DNA of 64,000 nucleotides, taken from Spirochaetia bacterium. Its GTDB lineage: Bacteria; Spirochaetota; Spirochaetia; DSM-2461. The first letter of the stretch is position 1. Every line of letters starts with the position of its first letter. The position numbers and the translations under genes were made by a program. This document shows, piece by piece, positions 38,946 to 48,965 of this stretch. The stretch lies in contig CAXXIA010000002.1 of NCBI GenBank assembly GCA_963666985.2, positions 288,001-352,000 on the forward strand. Reading direction: 5' to 3'. A model generated the notes under the pieces. That model ran no database searches, had not been told where the DNA came from, and worked only from the letters and a program-made list of their open reading frames with translations.

Positions 38946-41453
38946 ATGGCCGTGGATAAAAGACAACGTGAAGAGCAGGAACTGGAACGCTACGGAGTAT
39001 GGGTGAAGGCCGGTCCCGACGACATAGACATCCATGAAGGCGGAAGCCTTGATCTCATGGATATTGAAGACTCAGGAAACGATCAGCTGCTCATCACCGA
39101 AGAAGAAGAAAAACTTCTTGGAGAATTGGAAGAATCCTCACTCCCGGATTTCAGTGATTTCGATAACGACTTCGACAATCCTTTCGAAGATACTTTCGAT
39201 GACACTTTCGATAATTCCTCCGAAGAAGACGATTTCGATATGCCCGATTTTCCCCAGGATACCGAACGAACCTTTGAACGGAACAGCGAATCAACGGAGA
39301 TTCTCCATAAAATCGAAGATGAATTGAATGCTCTTCGCACGGAAATAAGACAGCTTAAAGATGAATTGACGGGTCTGAGAGCGCCGGCCCTTCCTTCCGG
39401 CGAAGCGGAAACGGCCGAGCATAGAGGTTTTTTCGATGAAGAAGGCGATGAAACAATCGCCCTCACCGGAGATGAACTGGACAACATTCTTGATTCGGCG
39501 GAAATGACCGAAGGTACGGCCGAGGAGATTTCGGAACACGAAGAACCGGTTTTCGAGGCCGGAGAGATCGGCGAAGACATCTCCATCGAAGAAGACGAAG
39601 AAACAATCGATTTTTCAATCGATGCGATAAATGGCGATATCGACGACATCGGCGGCATCGATGATTACGAAACCCCGGAAATAGCGGATATCGAAGAAGA
39701 GACCGATCCGGCCCTCTCCATCCTCGGAAGTCCCGAAACATTCGAAGATGAAAGCGATCCGGAAACCATCGAAATCGATATCCCCGGGCTGGATGAAATC
39801 ATCGATCTGGAAGATACGGAAACCGAAGAAGCGGAAACGGAGTCCGAAGAAGAAGACATAGTCAGCATCGACGATATCTCGGAAGATTTTGAAGAGGTTA
39901 CCGACTTTGAAGATTTCGGTCTCGACGGTTCTTCCGAGCCGGTGGACATTCCTCTCATGGATTCTTCGGAAGAAATGATTTTGCAGGAATCTTCCGACGA
40001 GATTCACTTATCCGAAAGCCTGGTCGAAGACACCTTCGATGAAGGTGAAGAAGTGGAGATTGACCTGGACGACGATGAAGATCTCATTCTCACCGAAGAG
40101 AATGAAGATTTCGATGTTGAAATGGAAGAGATTTCACTCGACGACTTCGGTATCGAAGAAGAAACCATGGAAGAATCTTCAGACGCCGGCGGTGCCGCCG
40201 ACGCGGCCGTGTCGGGCGCCGGCGCGGCGGCCGAACGCGGAGCCACGCTCATCGACGAGGATTCGGATATACTGGCCGTCCAAGATGAAGAGGACTATGA
40301 AGAAATAAACCTCTCGGTTTCCGATGAAGCGGATATCGAAGATGAAGCCCTCGAAGAAATCGAATTTGAATCAATGCTCGCCGAAGGCATCGAAGAAGAA
40401 ACCGTTTCCTTAACCGAAGACATCGAAGAAATTGACCTGGACGATGAAGTCGACTTGGTTATTGAAGATATCGATATGAACGATGTCCCCTCGGACAAAG
40501 GCGCCTCCGATACGGATTCGGAATTGGAAGACCTTGAAGATCTTGATTTGGAGCTGGAGAGTTTCGATGAGATTGAAGAGATGGACCTGGAGCTTGACAG
40601 TTCCGATGAGCTTGAAGAGATAAGCCTGGGATCTGAAACTTCCGATGAGCTTGAAGAGATAGACCTGGGATCTGAAAGTCCCGATGAACTTGAAGACATC
40701 ACCCCGAAAGCGGTGAGCTCCGATAACCTTGATGATATTGAAATAGAAGAAATTGAGCTCGATGAATCCGTAAACCTTGAAGAAGAATCCATTGATGAAA
40801 TCGATCTGGAAGAAATCGAATCTTTTGATACCGCGATGGACGCGGAAGAGATTCCGGAAATCGAACTCGATGAGGCCATTGACGAGATAGAAACCATCGA
40901 AGAATTCTCATTGGAGGAATCGGACTCCCTTACCGGCAATCTTGAAGAACTCGAAATCGATTTGGAAGACGATACGGAGGTAACGGTCGCCGTTCCCAAT
41001 GATGATTTTAATGAACTTCCGGGAACGGAAGATGTCGATCTCGATTCCCTCGAAGCCCTTGCCGCCGCCCCCGACCTTACGGAAGAAGTCGGCGAAACGA
41101 TTGTTGAGATTCCTGAGATCGACCTGGAACCTCTTTCCGAAGACGAAGACCTTGAGGATCTTGAAGACCTCGGCGAAGATATTCTCGACGAAACGCTTTC
41201 CGAAGAAATATCGCTTGAAACGGAATCGGATTTATCTGAAATTGCCGATGTTAATGAAACAATGGCAATGGGGAGAGAAGCCATCGAGCTGGCCGACTTG
41301 CCGGACGACCTGAAGGACCAAATCAAAGACGTATTGAAATATATGGATCAGCTTCTGGAATCGCTTCCTGACGACAAAATCCAGGAATTTGCCAGAAGCG
41401 AACATTTTGAAGTGTACAAGAAAATCTTTGAGGAGCTGGGGATAGCCGACTGA
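38946..41453 (+). CDS. Very acidic, largely disordered protein with short ordered N-, mid- and C-terminal segments
   Basis: 835-aa D/E-rich ORF; ELERYGVWVK at the N-terminus, a coiled coil, DETIALTGDELDNIL, and C-terminal VLKYMDQLLESLPDDKIQEFARSEHFEVYKKIFEELG. Confidence 0.85.
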   Translation: MAVDKRQREEQELERYGVWVKAGPDDIDIHEGGSLDLMDIEDSGNDQLLITEEEEKLLGELEESSLPDFSDFDNDFDNPFEDTFDDTFDNSSEEDDFDMPDFPQDTERTFERNSESTEILHKIEDELNALRTEIRQLKDELTGLRAPALPSGEAETAEHRGFFDEEGDETIALTGDELDNILDSAEMTEGTAEEISEHEEPVFEAGEIGEDISIEEDEETIDFSIDAINGDIDDIGGIDDYETPEIADIEEETDPALSILGSPETFEDESDPETIEIDIPGLDEIIDLEDTETEEAETESEEEDIVSIDDISEDFEEVTDFEDFGLDGSSEPVDIPLMDSSEEMILQESSDEIHLSESLVEDTFDEGEEVEIDLDDDEDLILTEENEDFDVEMEEISLDDFGIEEETMEESSDAGGAADAAVSGAGAAAERGATLIDEDSDILAVQDEEDYEEINLSVSDEADIEDEALEEIEFESMLAEGIEEETVSLTEDIEEIDLDDEVDLVIEDIDMNDVPSDKGASDTDSELEDLEDLDLELESFDEIEEMDLELDSSDELEEISLGSETSDELEEIDLGSESPDELEDITPKAVSSDNLDDIEIEEIELDESVNLEEESIDEIDLEEIESFDTAMDAEEIPEIELDEAIDEIETIEEFSLEESDSLTGNLEELEIDLEDDTEVTVAVPNDDFNELPGTEDVDLDSLEALAAAPDLTEEVGETIVEIPEIDLEPLSEDEDLEDLEDLGEDILDETLSEEISLETESDLSEIADVNETMAMGREAIELADLPDDLKDQIKDVLKYMDQLLESLPDDKIQEFARSEHFEVYKKIFEELGIAD
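40601..40700 (+). repeat. 39-bp in-frame tandem repeat (about 2.5 copies)
   Basis: ttccgatgagcttgaagagataagcctgggatctgaaac repeated; encodes SDELEEI(S/D)LGSE(T/S). Confidence 0.85.
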
Positions 41454-42382
41454 TGGGCCTGCTTGACCGCGCCCGAACTTTTGAAAAAGATTCTTCGAGT
41501 TCAACAGCCTTAAGAACCGAACTCGTTGAGAAGGCTTTGTCGGTAATCGAGGATTCCACGGGGCATATCGATTATCCCGGAGAAGTTTTCGAAGCCTTTC
41601 GTTCGGTTATCGGTTTTTCAAAAGGAACCTTTCTTCTTCCCGACACCGATTCGGAGGAATTCTATCCGTGGGTAAGCGTGGGATTCGACAGAACCACGAC
41701 TCGACGCTTAAGATTTTCATTCGACATGGTTGCTTCGGAATCCCGCGAAGTCGTTATGAAAATCGAGACCGAATCGCTCGCATCGGTGCTCTCAAACCGC
41801 GAATTCGGCCTGATGGAAGAACCGCTCTTAATCAGATTGGGAAAAAACGCCCTCCCTTCGGCACTGATTTTAACCACGGACGGTCCGAACGGAGGCTCGG
41901 CGGATTCGTCCCTGATTGAGATTCTCACGCTCCTCAACGAGCGGCTCGGGGATAAAATTCCCGGGAGCCGTTCGCTGATGGAATCGATGGGGAAACAGGA
42001 AGCTTCAAGTGTTTCCGAATGGCTCGAAAGATGGGGAGATGAGGAAGCCGTTCTGGTCGTCCTCGATGCATCCAACGCCATTGATGCTATAATGGACGCT
42101 ATTGACGGTCTGGAACTTTACAGGGCCAGAAAAGACGCCATAGGAATCATCAGACGCATCATCGGAAGAATGGGCAGGCTCTATGACACAAAAGACGGCA
42201 GGATACTCGTTCTCTCTCCTCCCGAACGTCTTTCCGACGGAGATCTATGGCTTCACCAGCTTTCTTTGGCGTTTTCTTCCGCCTTTGGAAGACTTTCCGA
42301 ACCGCCGGTATTCGAAGCGGCTTTTTTCTCCTGGCCCGCCGAAAAAGGGGCCGTTGAAGAGGCCCTGGCGGGCTTGCTGTAG
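41453..42382 (+). CDS. Hypothetical protein, possibly GAF-like plus degenerate cyclase-like domain
   Basis: TGATG coupling to the acidic protein; FSKGTFLL...FYPWVSVGFD is GAF-like; the alpha/beta C-terminal half lacks a GGDEF motif. Confidence 0.55.
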   Translation: MGLLDRARTFEKDSSSSTALRTELVEKALSVIEDSTGHIDYPGEVFEAFRSVIGFSKGTFLLPDTDSEEFYPWVSVGFDRTTTRRLRFSFDMVASESREVVMKIETESLASVLSNREFGLMEEPLLIRLGKNALPSALILTTDGPNGGSADSSLIEILTLLNERLGDKIPGSRSLMESMGKQEASSVSEWLERWGDEEAVLVVLDASNAIDAIMDAIDGLELYRARKDAIGIIRRIIGRMGRLYDTKDGRILVLSPPERLSDGDLWLHQLSLAFSSAFGRLSEPPVFEAAFFSWPAEKGAVEEALAGLL

Positions 42383-42421
42383 CCGATACCCGATGGGCGG
42401 GATTGAACGGCGGAGCCGCCC

Positions 42422-43990
42422 ATGACAATCGATATCGCGAAATCAGGAGAGACTTCGGCGGAGCATAACGGCATCCGCATCCATTCGGCCTACGATCCGC
42501 GAAAAGAAGCCGGCCGCTTTCTCGACTCCGCCCTTCCGGCCGGAACGCGGCCGAACACGATTATCGTTATCGGGGCCGGCTTGGGCTATGCGGATGAAAC
42601 GGCGGCCGAAAGATGGCCGAACGCCGATGTTATCGCGATCCATCTGAATGCGGAACTGTACAAAAACAGAATCGGCCGTTCCCGCGGAGAATCGGCCGGC
42701 CGCATCAAGCGATGGCATCCGGAATCAGACGTTTCATTACCATCATTCCTGGCTTCGGCCGTCGGAGAACATAACGTTCACGGTCTTCATATCATTCAAT
42801 GGCCCGCCGCCGCCTCGGCCATGCCGGATGAAGCGAATAGAGCGGCCCAATATGTGGCGCAAATCGTCAGAAGACACACAGGAAGCATCACGGCCACGGC
42901 GGCATTCGGCCGCCTGTGGATACGAAACACCCTGAGAAATTTCATTGAACTCGACAAACTCGCTGTTCCCTCCGCGACGGACAGGCCGGTCGTTATAGCC
43001 GCATCCGGTCCCGGTCTGGAATACGCTTTGACGCACCTTTCAACTTATCGCGATCGATTCCGCCTCTGGGCGCTTCCTTCCGCCTTGCCGGCATTGTCGG
43101 CAGCATCCCTTACGCCGGATTTGATCTTCGCCACGGACTCAGGACACTGGGCCAAGCTCCACATGCGGTATTTTCCTCCATCGGTTCCCGTGGTCATGCC
43201 GCTCTCGGCCGCTCCGCCGCCCTCCGGCATCGGCGTACCGATGCTGATTCGCCAAGGAGTCCCCGGCGAATCGCGGCTTCTCAGAGGCCCTGAGTGGCCG
43301 CTGCTGCCCATACCGGCCCGAGGCACGGTCGCGGCCACGGCCGTGGATGTTTGGAGCGCGGCGGCGGGTAACTCCCTGCTGCTGGTCGGCCTCGACCTCT
43401 GCTGGTACGATCTGCGCTCTCACGCAAGGCCCCATGCCTTCGACGGGTGGATAGCCTCCCGAACGGACCGAAAAAATCCGAAAGTTAATGAACTCTGGAA
43501 CAGAGCCCTTGCCCAAGCACCGAAAAAAGAAGGGAAACGGAGAACCGGGCCGGCTCTTGAAACATACGCCGACTGGTTTCGCGGCATCGACGGGAAAGGC
43601 CGCATTTTCCGCTTTCATTCACCGGAAGATCCCGTGGAACCGGTGAGCGTCGAAGGATTTCCCATCAGAGGAGAGGAACTGTTCCGCGAATGGAAATCAT
43701 CCGGAATTACAGCGGAAATCACCCCTTACCGCATTACCGAAGCTCCTCAAAACAGATTAACGCGAAAAAAAGCGGTCATCAGCCTTTTGGACGAGTGGAA
43801 GCAACGTCTTGGAACCAAGACGGCCGCCGATGAGGATGAGGATGATTTTCATGAAATGCTCTATACTCTCGATCCCGGAGGCACTCTGGAGCTAACGGGC
43901 GCTTCGGATTCCGAGAAAAAGAGAATCGCGGCGGAACACTTCACACGGGTTGGCCGCATTCTTGATAAAATAAGAGATTCTTATGTCTGA
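42422..43990 (+). CDS. Motility-associated factor (Maf)/DUF115 family protein
   Basis: IHSAYDP..EA.RF, WIRNTLRN, IAASGPGL, GTVA, VGLDL. Confidence 0.75.
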   Translation: MTIDIAKSGETSAEHNGIRIHSAYDPRKEAGRFLDSALPAGTRPNTIIVIGAGLGYADETAAERWPNADVIAIHLNAELYKNRIGRSRGESAGRIKRWHPESDVSLPSFLASAVGEHNVHGLHIIQWPAAASAMPDEANRAAQYVAQIVRRHTGSITATAAFGRLWIRNTLRNFIELDKLAVPSATDRPVVIAASGPGLEYALTHLSTYRDRFRLWALPSALPALSAASLTPDLIFATDSGHWAKLHMRYFPPSVPVVMPLSAAPPPSGIGVPMLIRQGVPGESRLLRGPEWPLLPIPARGTVAATAVDVWSAAAGNSLLLVGLDLCWYDLRSHARPHAFDGWIASRTDRKNPKVNELWNRALAQAPKKEGKRRTGPALETYADWFRGIDGKGRIFRFHSPEDPVEPVSVEGFPIRGEELFREWKSSGITAEITPYRITEAPQNRLTRKKAVISLLDEWKQRLGTKTAADEDEDDFHEMLYTLDPGGTLELTGASDSEKKRIAAEHFTRVGRILDKIRDSYV

Positions 43991-45647
43991 AAATGGAATC
44001 CTGGATCGAAATCTTCTGGCACTGAGCGCCCGCCATCCGGAACTCGCGCAAAAGCTATCTTCCGCCTCTTCGTATCCCGATCTGGAAATCATCGAATCCC
44101 GTAAAGGGCCGCCGGTTCCCGTTTTGCGCAGAGACGGGCGGCCTTTTCCCATGCATTCCCGTTTCGATCCCGAAGCGGAAGGAGGCAGGCTGGCCGATTC
44201 GGCTCCCGAAGGATTTCTTATCGCTTTCGGACTCGGCGGTGCGTATCACCTGAAGCCCCTTCTGAAAAAACGAACCATGACGGGTCTGCTCATCGTCGAA
44301 AAAGACCTTTCCCTTTTAAGAGGGATCTTAGAGGGAATCGATCTGACGCGTCTGTTCACGGATTCCAGGGTACTTTTAATAATGAATCCCTCGCCGGACG
44401 AACTGATCCGGTTCGTTCTGGACCGCTACCTTCCCGTTCTTTACGGGAATCTCGGGAGCCTCTCCTTAAGGAGCCGTTTCGATGCCGATCCCGAATGGTT
44501 CACCGAAAGAGCGGACGCTCTGAGAGGAATCCCCGAATCTCTCGGCCGGGACTATACGGTCCAGACGCGCTTCGGCCGGCGATGGTTCGTTCACACTCTC
44601 GCCAACCTTCCGACGAGTGAACGAACCGGCGCGGTGCTCCCCCCCTCGGAACGCTTCATCATTACCGCCGCCGGCCCGTCTCTGCACAAACAGCTTCCGC
44701 GCATCCGCGCTCTTCACCGCGGCGGAGCCGTTCTTCTGGCAACGGACACATCCCTGCCGTTTTTAATTTCCGAAGGAGAAACGCCCGACATCGTCCTCTC
44801 CATAGACTGTCAGATTGTCAGCTACCATCATTTTTTAAAAGGTCTTCCCCGCAAAACTCTGCTGCTGCTCGACCTTGCCTCTCCTCCGGTGCTGACGAGG
44901 ATGACCGACCGCGTTCTCTTTTTCGCCAGCGGCCATCCGTTCTCATTGTATCTGAACCGTCTCTACAGGCCCTTTCCCATCCTCGATCTTTCGGGCGGCA
45001 ACGTAACCCATGCCGCCGTTTCCCTGGCGAGAGCGGCAGGGGCCGGTGAAATTCATCTTTTCGGAGCGGACTTTTCTTATCCGATGGGGCGGCCCTACGC
45101 CAAGGGAACCTATCTCTATCCTTATTTCCAATCCCGCTCGGCGCGAACCGGCGGCTCGGAGGATTCTTTCTGGAGGTTCATCAATTCTTCCCGCCCCCGC
45201 CGGGAATCATCCGGCGGCTCCTGGAGACTGAGAACCGCATCCATGGATCACTATCGGGAATCGCTGGAGAAAACGATCTCTTCTCCGGATGCCAATGTTG
45301 TTCAGGAAGATGGAGACGGTGTACCGCTGCGAACATCCGGAGCTTCCCGAACGCACGCGCCCTCTTCCCGCGGGAAATTCGCCTCGCTTCTCTCGGCGGG
45401 AAAAGCCTCCGTCGGCTGGAAGGAGTTTCTCAAGGGCTATGTCGGCAGGCTGGAATCACTCCCGCCGCTAAACGGCCCGCCGCAGGACTATCTGGCCGAT
45501 CTCTGCACCGAAGACAGGCAAGCCTGGGCCACGCTTCTTCCCTCCGCCGCAACATTCAGGGGAAACGCCGAAGACGGACCGAAGGCCGTTGAAGAGGCCC
45601 GGAAATGGACTTTGGACCGTATCCGAACAATGCGGACACGTTATTAA
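43983..45647 (+). CDS. Motility-associated factor (Maf)/DUF115 family protein
   Basis: RNLLAL, HSRFDP..E, GLGGAYH, AAGPSL, PDIVLSID, GGNVTH, GADFSY. Confidence 0.8.
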   Translation: MSENGILDRNLLALSARHPELAQKLSSASSYPDLEIIESRKGPPVPVLRRDGRPFPMHSRFDPEAEGGRLADSAPEGFLIAFGLGGAYHLKPLLKKRTMTGLLIVEKDLSLLRGILEGIDLTRLFTDSRVLLIMNPSPDELIRFVLDRYLPVLYGNLGSLSLRSRFDADPEWFTERADALRGIPESLGRDYTVQTRFGRRWFVHTLANLPTSERTGAVLPPSERFIITAAGPSLHKQLPRIRALHRGGAVLLATDTSLPFLISEGETPDIVLSIDCQIVSYHHFLKGLPRKTLLLLDLASPPVLTRMTDRVLFFASGHPFSLYLNRLYRPFPILDLSGGNVTHAAVSLARAAGAGEIHLFGADFSYPMGRPYAKGTYLYPYFQSRSARTGGSEDSFWRFINSSRPRRESSGGSWRLRTASMDHYRESLEKTISSPDANVVQEDGDGVPLRTSGASRTHAPSSRGKFASLLSAGKASVGWKEFLKGYVGRLESLPPLNGPPQDYLADLCTEDRQAWATLLPSAATFRGNAEDGPKAVEEARKWTLDRIRTMRTRY

Positions 45648-45758
45648 ATGAGGCTCTTTCAAGATGGATTCCGTCTGTTTCCGGTCTGAATCACGCGGAC
45701 CTTCGCACCCTGCATGAAAAGAACCTTTCTTACACCCTTACGCCGCATTTAATCCCAA

Positions 45759-46595
45759 TCAGTTTTCCCACACCAAAGCACCATAACCGACGAACGAAGA
45801 TGAAGGATGAAGATCCCGGCTCGTCGCATACTCCAAAAGCCGACCGTCCGGACAGCCGGAAGAAGCGGCGAAACTCATGGCCGCCACGGCGGCTCCGGCG
45901 GAACAGGCGGACATTTGGCCGGCGGCCAACTCCAAAGCCTTTCCCGCCTCTCCGGATAAAAGGGCGTTCAAAAAGTCCATATCCCTTCCCCGAACCCATT
46001 CGGCGGGATCGCCGCGGGATTCGGGCGGCATAAACCCGTAATTCGGTCCGTAATGAGTTAAATCCGTCGAGCCGACAACAGCGATTTTTCGACCGAAAGC
46101 TAAAGCTGTTTCTGCGAGAATTTCACCGAATCGGGCGGCCCTTTCATCGGAAGGGATTCTCCAGGCGGCCCACAGCGCATCGGGCCGCATCGCCGCCGCC
46201 ATGGGCATAATCACCTCCACGGTATTATCCGCGGACCGTTCGGAACGCACGTCGAAACCATCGGGAAGAGCCGCTTCCACGGCCTCGGCGAATTCGGAAT
46301 CACGGCCGAAAAGCCCCGTAGGCAAATCCCAGGCATCACCGTCATAGCGAATAAACGGACTTCCGGATGAATTATGACCTCCGAGCACAACAACGGTTTC
46401 GGCATCGGATTTCAGCCGTCCAACCACTTCGGCCATCATTTTTCCGCAAAAAAACCATCCGGCATGCGGAGAAATGCCCGCCACGGCATTTTTTTCTCCG
46501 TTCATGCGAAAATCAGAGCCGATATAGGCCCTGATTTCCGCCTCGTCGGCGGGATACCACCCGGAAGGAAGAGTCCTTGTTCGTATCTTCAACAC
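45759..46595 (-). CDS. MEMO1 family protein (AmmeMemoRadiSam protein B)
   Basis: GWYP, SPHAGW, DNTVEV, STDLTHYG, VGYG. Confidence 0.85.
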   Translation of the reverse strand: MLKIRTRTLPSGWYPADEAEIRAYIGSDFRMNGEKNAVAGISPHAGWFFCGKMMAEVVGRLKSDAETVVVLGGHNSSGSPFIRYDGDAWDLPTGLFGRDSEFAEAVEAALPDGFDVRSERSADNTVEVIMPMAAAMRPDALWAAWRIPSDERAARFGEILAETALAFGRKIAVVGSTDLTHYGPNYGFMPPESRGDPAEWVRGRDMDFLNALLSGEAGKALELAAGQMSACSAGAAVAAMSFAASSGCPDGRLLEYATSRDLHPSSSFVGYGALVWEN

Positions 46596-46610
46596 ATTCC
46601 CCCTGTTTAC

Positions 46611-46618
46611 AGTATAAT
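46611..46618. promoter_or_regulatory. Overlapping divergent -10 elements
   Basis: AGTATAAT reads TATAAT on plus (7 nt before ATG 46626) and TATACT on minus (15 nt before GTG 46595). Confidence 0.5.
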
Positions 46619-46625
46619 AGACGGC

Positions 46626-47855
46626 ATGAAGAAGACCTTCTCAGTCATATACACTATCTGCGTTGTTCTCGCGCTGCTGGGCGTCATAGCCTTCTTCGGC
46701 TGGAAGACCTATCAATCCCGCCAGGAAAGAATATCCGATTTTGTCGCCAGAACCGAAGAATACACCCGGCGGCTCTCCGGTTCCATCGGCGAAAGAGACG
46801 TCAAGGCGGAGGCCAAATTGGCGGAAAAACTGATGGCCGAGGATCTTTCCCTCGTCGCCGTACAGGTTTATTCCCATGATGAAGGCCTGAGAATCAGTGT
46901 CGTCAAGCCGATCGCGGGCGACTACAGCCGTAAACCCATCGCGGAATCCGATGCCTTTGAGGGACTCATCTCGGGGATACGGTTTTATAAAGCGTACCGC
47001 CACATGGAAATTGAGGACATGCCGGGCCTGGAAGCCGTGTATGTCGCGGCGGTTCTCACGGACGGACAAATTCGAAACAACCTGATGATCATCCTGGCCA
47101 CGGTGCTGGCATTGTTCATCATCACCTTGGCGATCATCCTGCTCAAACCCGGATCCCGCGGGAACGAGGAACTCGAAGAAGACGAGGAACAAGGCGGATT
47201 TTCCATGGACGACGACTTTTCCGCCGATGAAATGCCGGACGACGAACCCGACACGTACCGATCGACGGATGAAGAATTCAGCATTCCCGACGATTTCGAC
47301 GCAATCGATAATTTCGACGAAAACGATCTTCTCAGCAACGGACCCGATTTCGGAAATTCGCTGCCTCTGGAAGACGATTTCGATTTGCCGAATCTTGATG
47401 ATATCCATCCGGATGAACCGGACGGTACGAAATCCGAAGAACTCCGGGACAGGCTCGGATCGGAACTCGAACGCGCCGCTTCGTTCAACCAGGATTTATC
47501 CATACTCCTTTTCTCCGCGGAGAGCGGTTATGAAGACTATATCCGCGAATCGGCCGCCTACCCCGATTTGGTTTTTCCTCTGGATGGGGACAGCATCGCC
47601 GTTATAGAAATCAACAAGGATCTGGACTCAACGCTGGCATTCGCCGAAGACTTTATCCGAACCCATATAGAACGCAGCGGAAAGCGTTCGATTCGCGCCG
47701 GAATCGCGTCGCGGAACGGTCGTCTTATCAGTGCCCAAAGACTCATCTCGGAGGCCGAAAGCGCTTTGAGAAAAACGGATTCCGAAAAGAACATTGTCGC
47801 TTTCCGGTCCGATCCCGAGAAGTATCGGGAGTATCTCAAGGCTCAAGAGGACTAA
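46626..47855 (+). CDS. Two-TM membrane protein with periplasmic domain, acidic linker and degenerate GGDEF-like C-terminus
   Basis: Two TM segments; RLGSELERAASFNQDLSILL and AGIASRNGR...LISEAESAL resemble the GGDEF scaffold without the signature. Confidence 0.65.
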   Translation: MKKTFSVIYTICVVLALLGVIAFFGWKTYQSRQERISDFVARTEEYTRRLSGSIGERDVKAEAKLAEKLMAEDLSLVAVQVYSHDEGLRISVVKPIAGDYSRKPIAESDAFEGLISGIRFYKAYRHMEIEDMPGLEAVYVAAVLTDGQIRNNLMIILATVLALFIITLAIILLKPGSRGNEELEEDEEQGGFSMDDDFSADEMPDDEPDTYRSTDEEFSIPDDFDAIDNFDENDLLSNGPDFGNSLPLEDDFDLPNLDDIHPDEPDGTKSEELRDRLGSELERAASFNQDLSILLFSAESGYEDYIRESAAYPDLVFPLDGDSIAVIEINKDLDSTLAFAEDFIRTHIERSGKRSIRAGIASRNGRLISAQRLISEAESALRKTDSEKNIVAFRSDPEKYREYLKAQED

Positions 47856-47930
47856 GCCCGTGCCCATTATCAGATGCCGCTCACTACGGCCTTGCTCCTT
47901 TCGAAGCACCGGGGATATCCTGCCTAACGT

Positions 47931-48965
47931 ATGCTGAAGCGCCTTACGTTCATTTTGCTCGTCTTCACGGCGATGCTTTCTTCCTGCGGCCGCGGGCCTT
48001 ATATTCCCAAGTCTCTTTCCAAGGACGACGATCTGCGCAAACTCATTTCCGTTGCCGTCGATCCGTCTTCCGACCCGGCCATGCGGTACGCCGCGTTCGA
48101 GCCGGTTATCTCCAAAGCCAGAAAGCTGGGCGAATACGACTGGATTACTTATATGCTCGGATCGATTCTTGAACGAAATCCGGGCGATCCCTACGGTGCC
48201 TATTACTTGATGGCCATGGCCGAAGGGGCCCGCGACACAAACGCACAAAAGCTCGCTCTGGATTATCTTCGGCGACTGCTGGCCGACTATCCCGACCTGA
48301 TTATCCGCGACCGCTCAATCCATCTTATGGCCCTGAACCAATTGGCCGATGCCACATCCGATCCGCGTGAGGCCATAGACGCACGCATCGAAATGCAGAG
48401 ACGGTTCGCCGACCGGATAGACCAGGGCCGAAATTCGTACGCCCTGGCCGAAGATTACCGAGAAATCGGGGATTGGGACGCCATGTATGCGAGCCTCGCG
48501 GAATTTCTGAAATATGACAAAACCGTTGTTCCGGGAATCCCCGATGCGCTCTGGAGGGCACGGTCGTCCATCGAATTCCACGATAGCTCCAAAGACTGGA
48601 CCATGGAAAATCTGGACGATCTGGTGAATACCATAAAATACGCCATCCGCACCAATAATGGTACTCTGCTTAACAAGTACAAATCGAAAAAGAACTTCTT
48701 TTTCATGAACTGGAGCCAGGACATTTCGGATCGTTTTTCTCGAATGTATGACGTTGATGTTCGGGCCTGGCTGAAGCCCTCGATTCGTTACGGAGCGGAA
48801 CTCGAGGATTTTTCCAACGAAAACGAAGCCTATCTTTGGACTTCGGGCTGGTCGTGGAAAATTCGCACTTGGTATCTTTATTTCCGCCGCGTCGAATATC
48901 CGGCGGATCCGGAAATTAACGGACAATGGGAATGGGCCGGAATTTATATAGGCGAACGTCTTTAA
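47931..48965 (+). CDS. TPR-containing lipoprotein
   Basis: Lipobox LSSC; TPR-like helices; aromatic-rich C-terminal domain (WYLYFRRV.YPADPEINGQWEWAGIY). Confidence 0.7.
   Translation: MLKRLTFILLVFTAMLSSCGRGPYIPKSLSKDDDLRKLISVAVDPSSDPAMRYAAFEPVISKARKLGEYDWITYMLGSILERNPGDPYGAYYLMAMAEGARDTNAQKLALDYLRRLLADYPDLIIRDRSIHLMALNQLADATSDPREAIDARIEMQRRFADRIDQGRNSYALAEDYREIGDWDAMYASLAEFLKYDKTVVPGIPDALWRARSSIEFHDSSKDWTMENLDDLVNTIKYAIRTNNGTLLNKYKSKKNFFFMNWSQDISDRFSRMYDVDVRAWLKPSIRYGAELEDFSNENEAYLWTSGWSWKIRTWYLYFRRVEYPADPEINGQWEWAGIYIGERL

Noticed and set aside
40601..40700. 39-bp repeats as a CRISPR array or mobile element
   Set aside because: They are in-frame coding tandem repeats without spacers.
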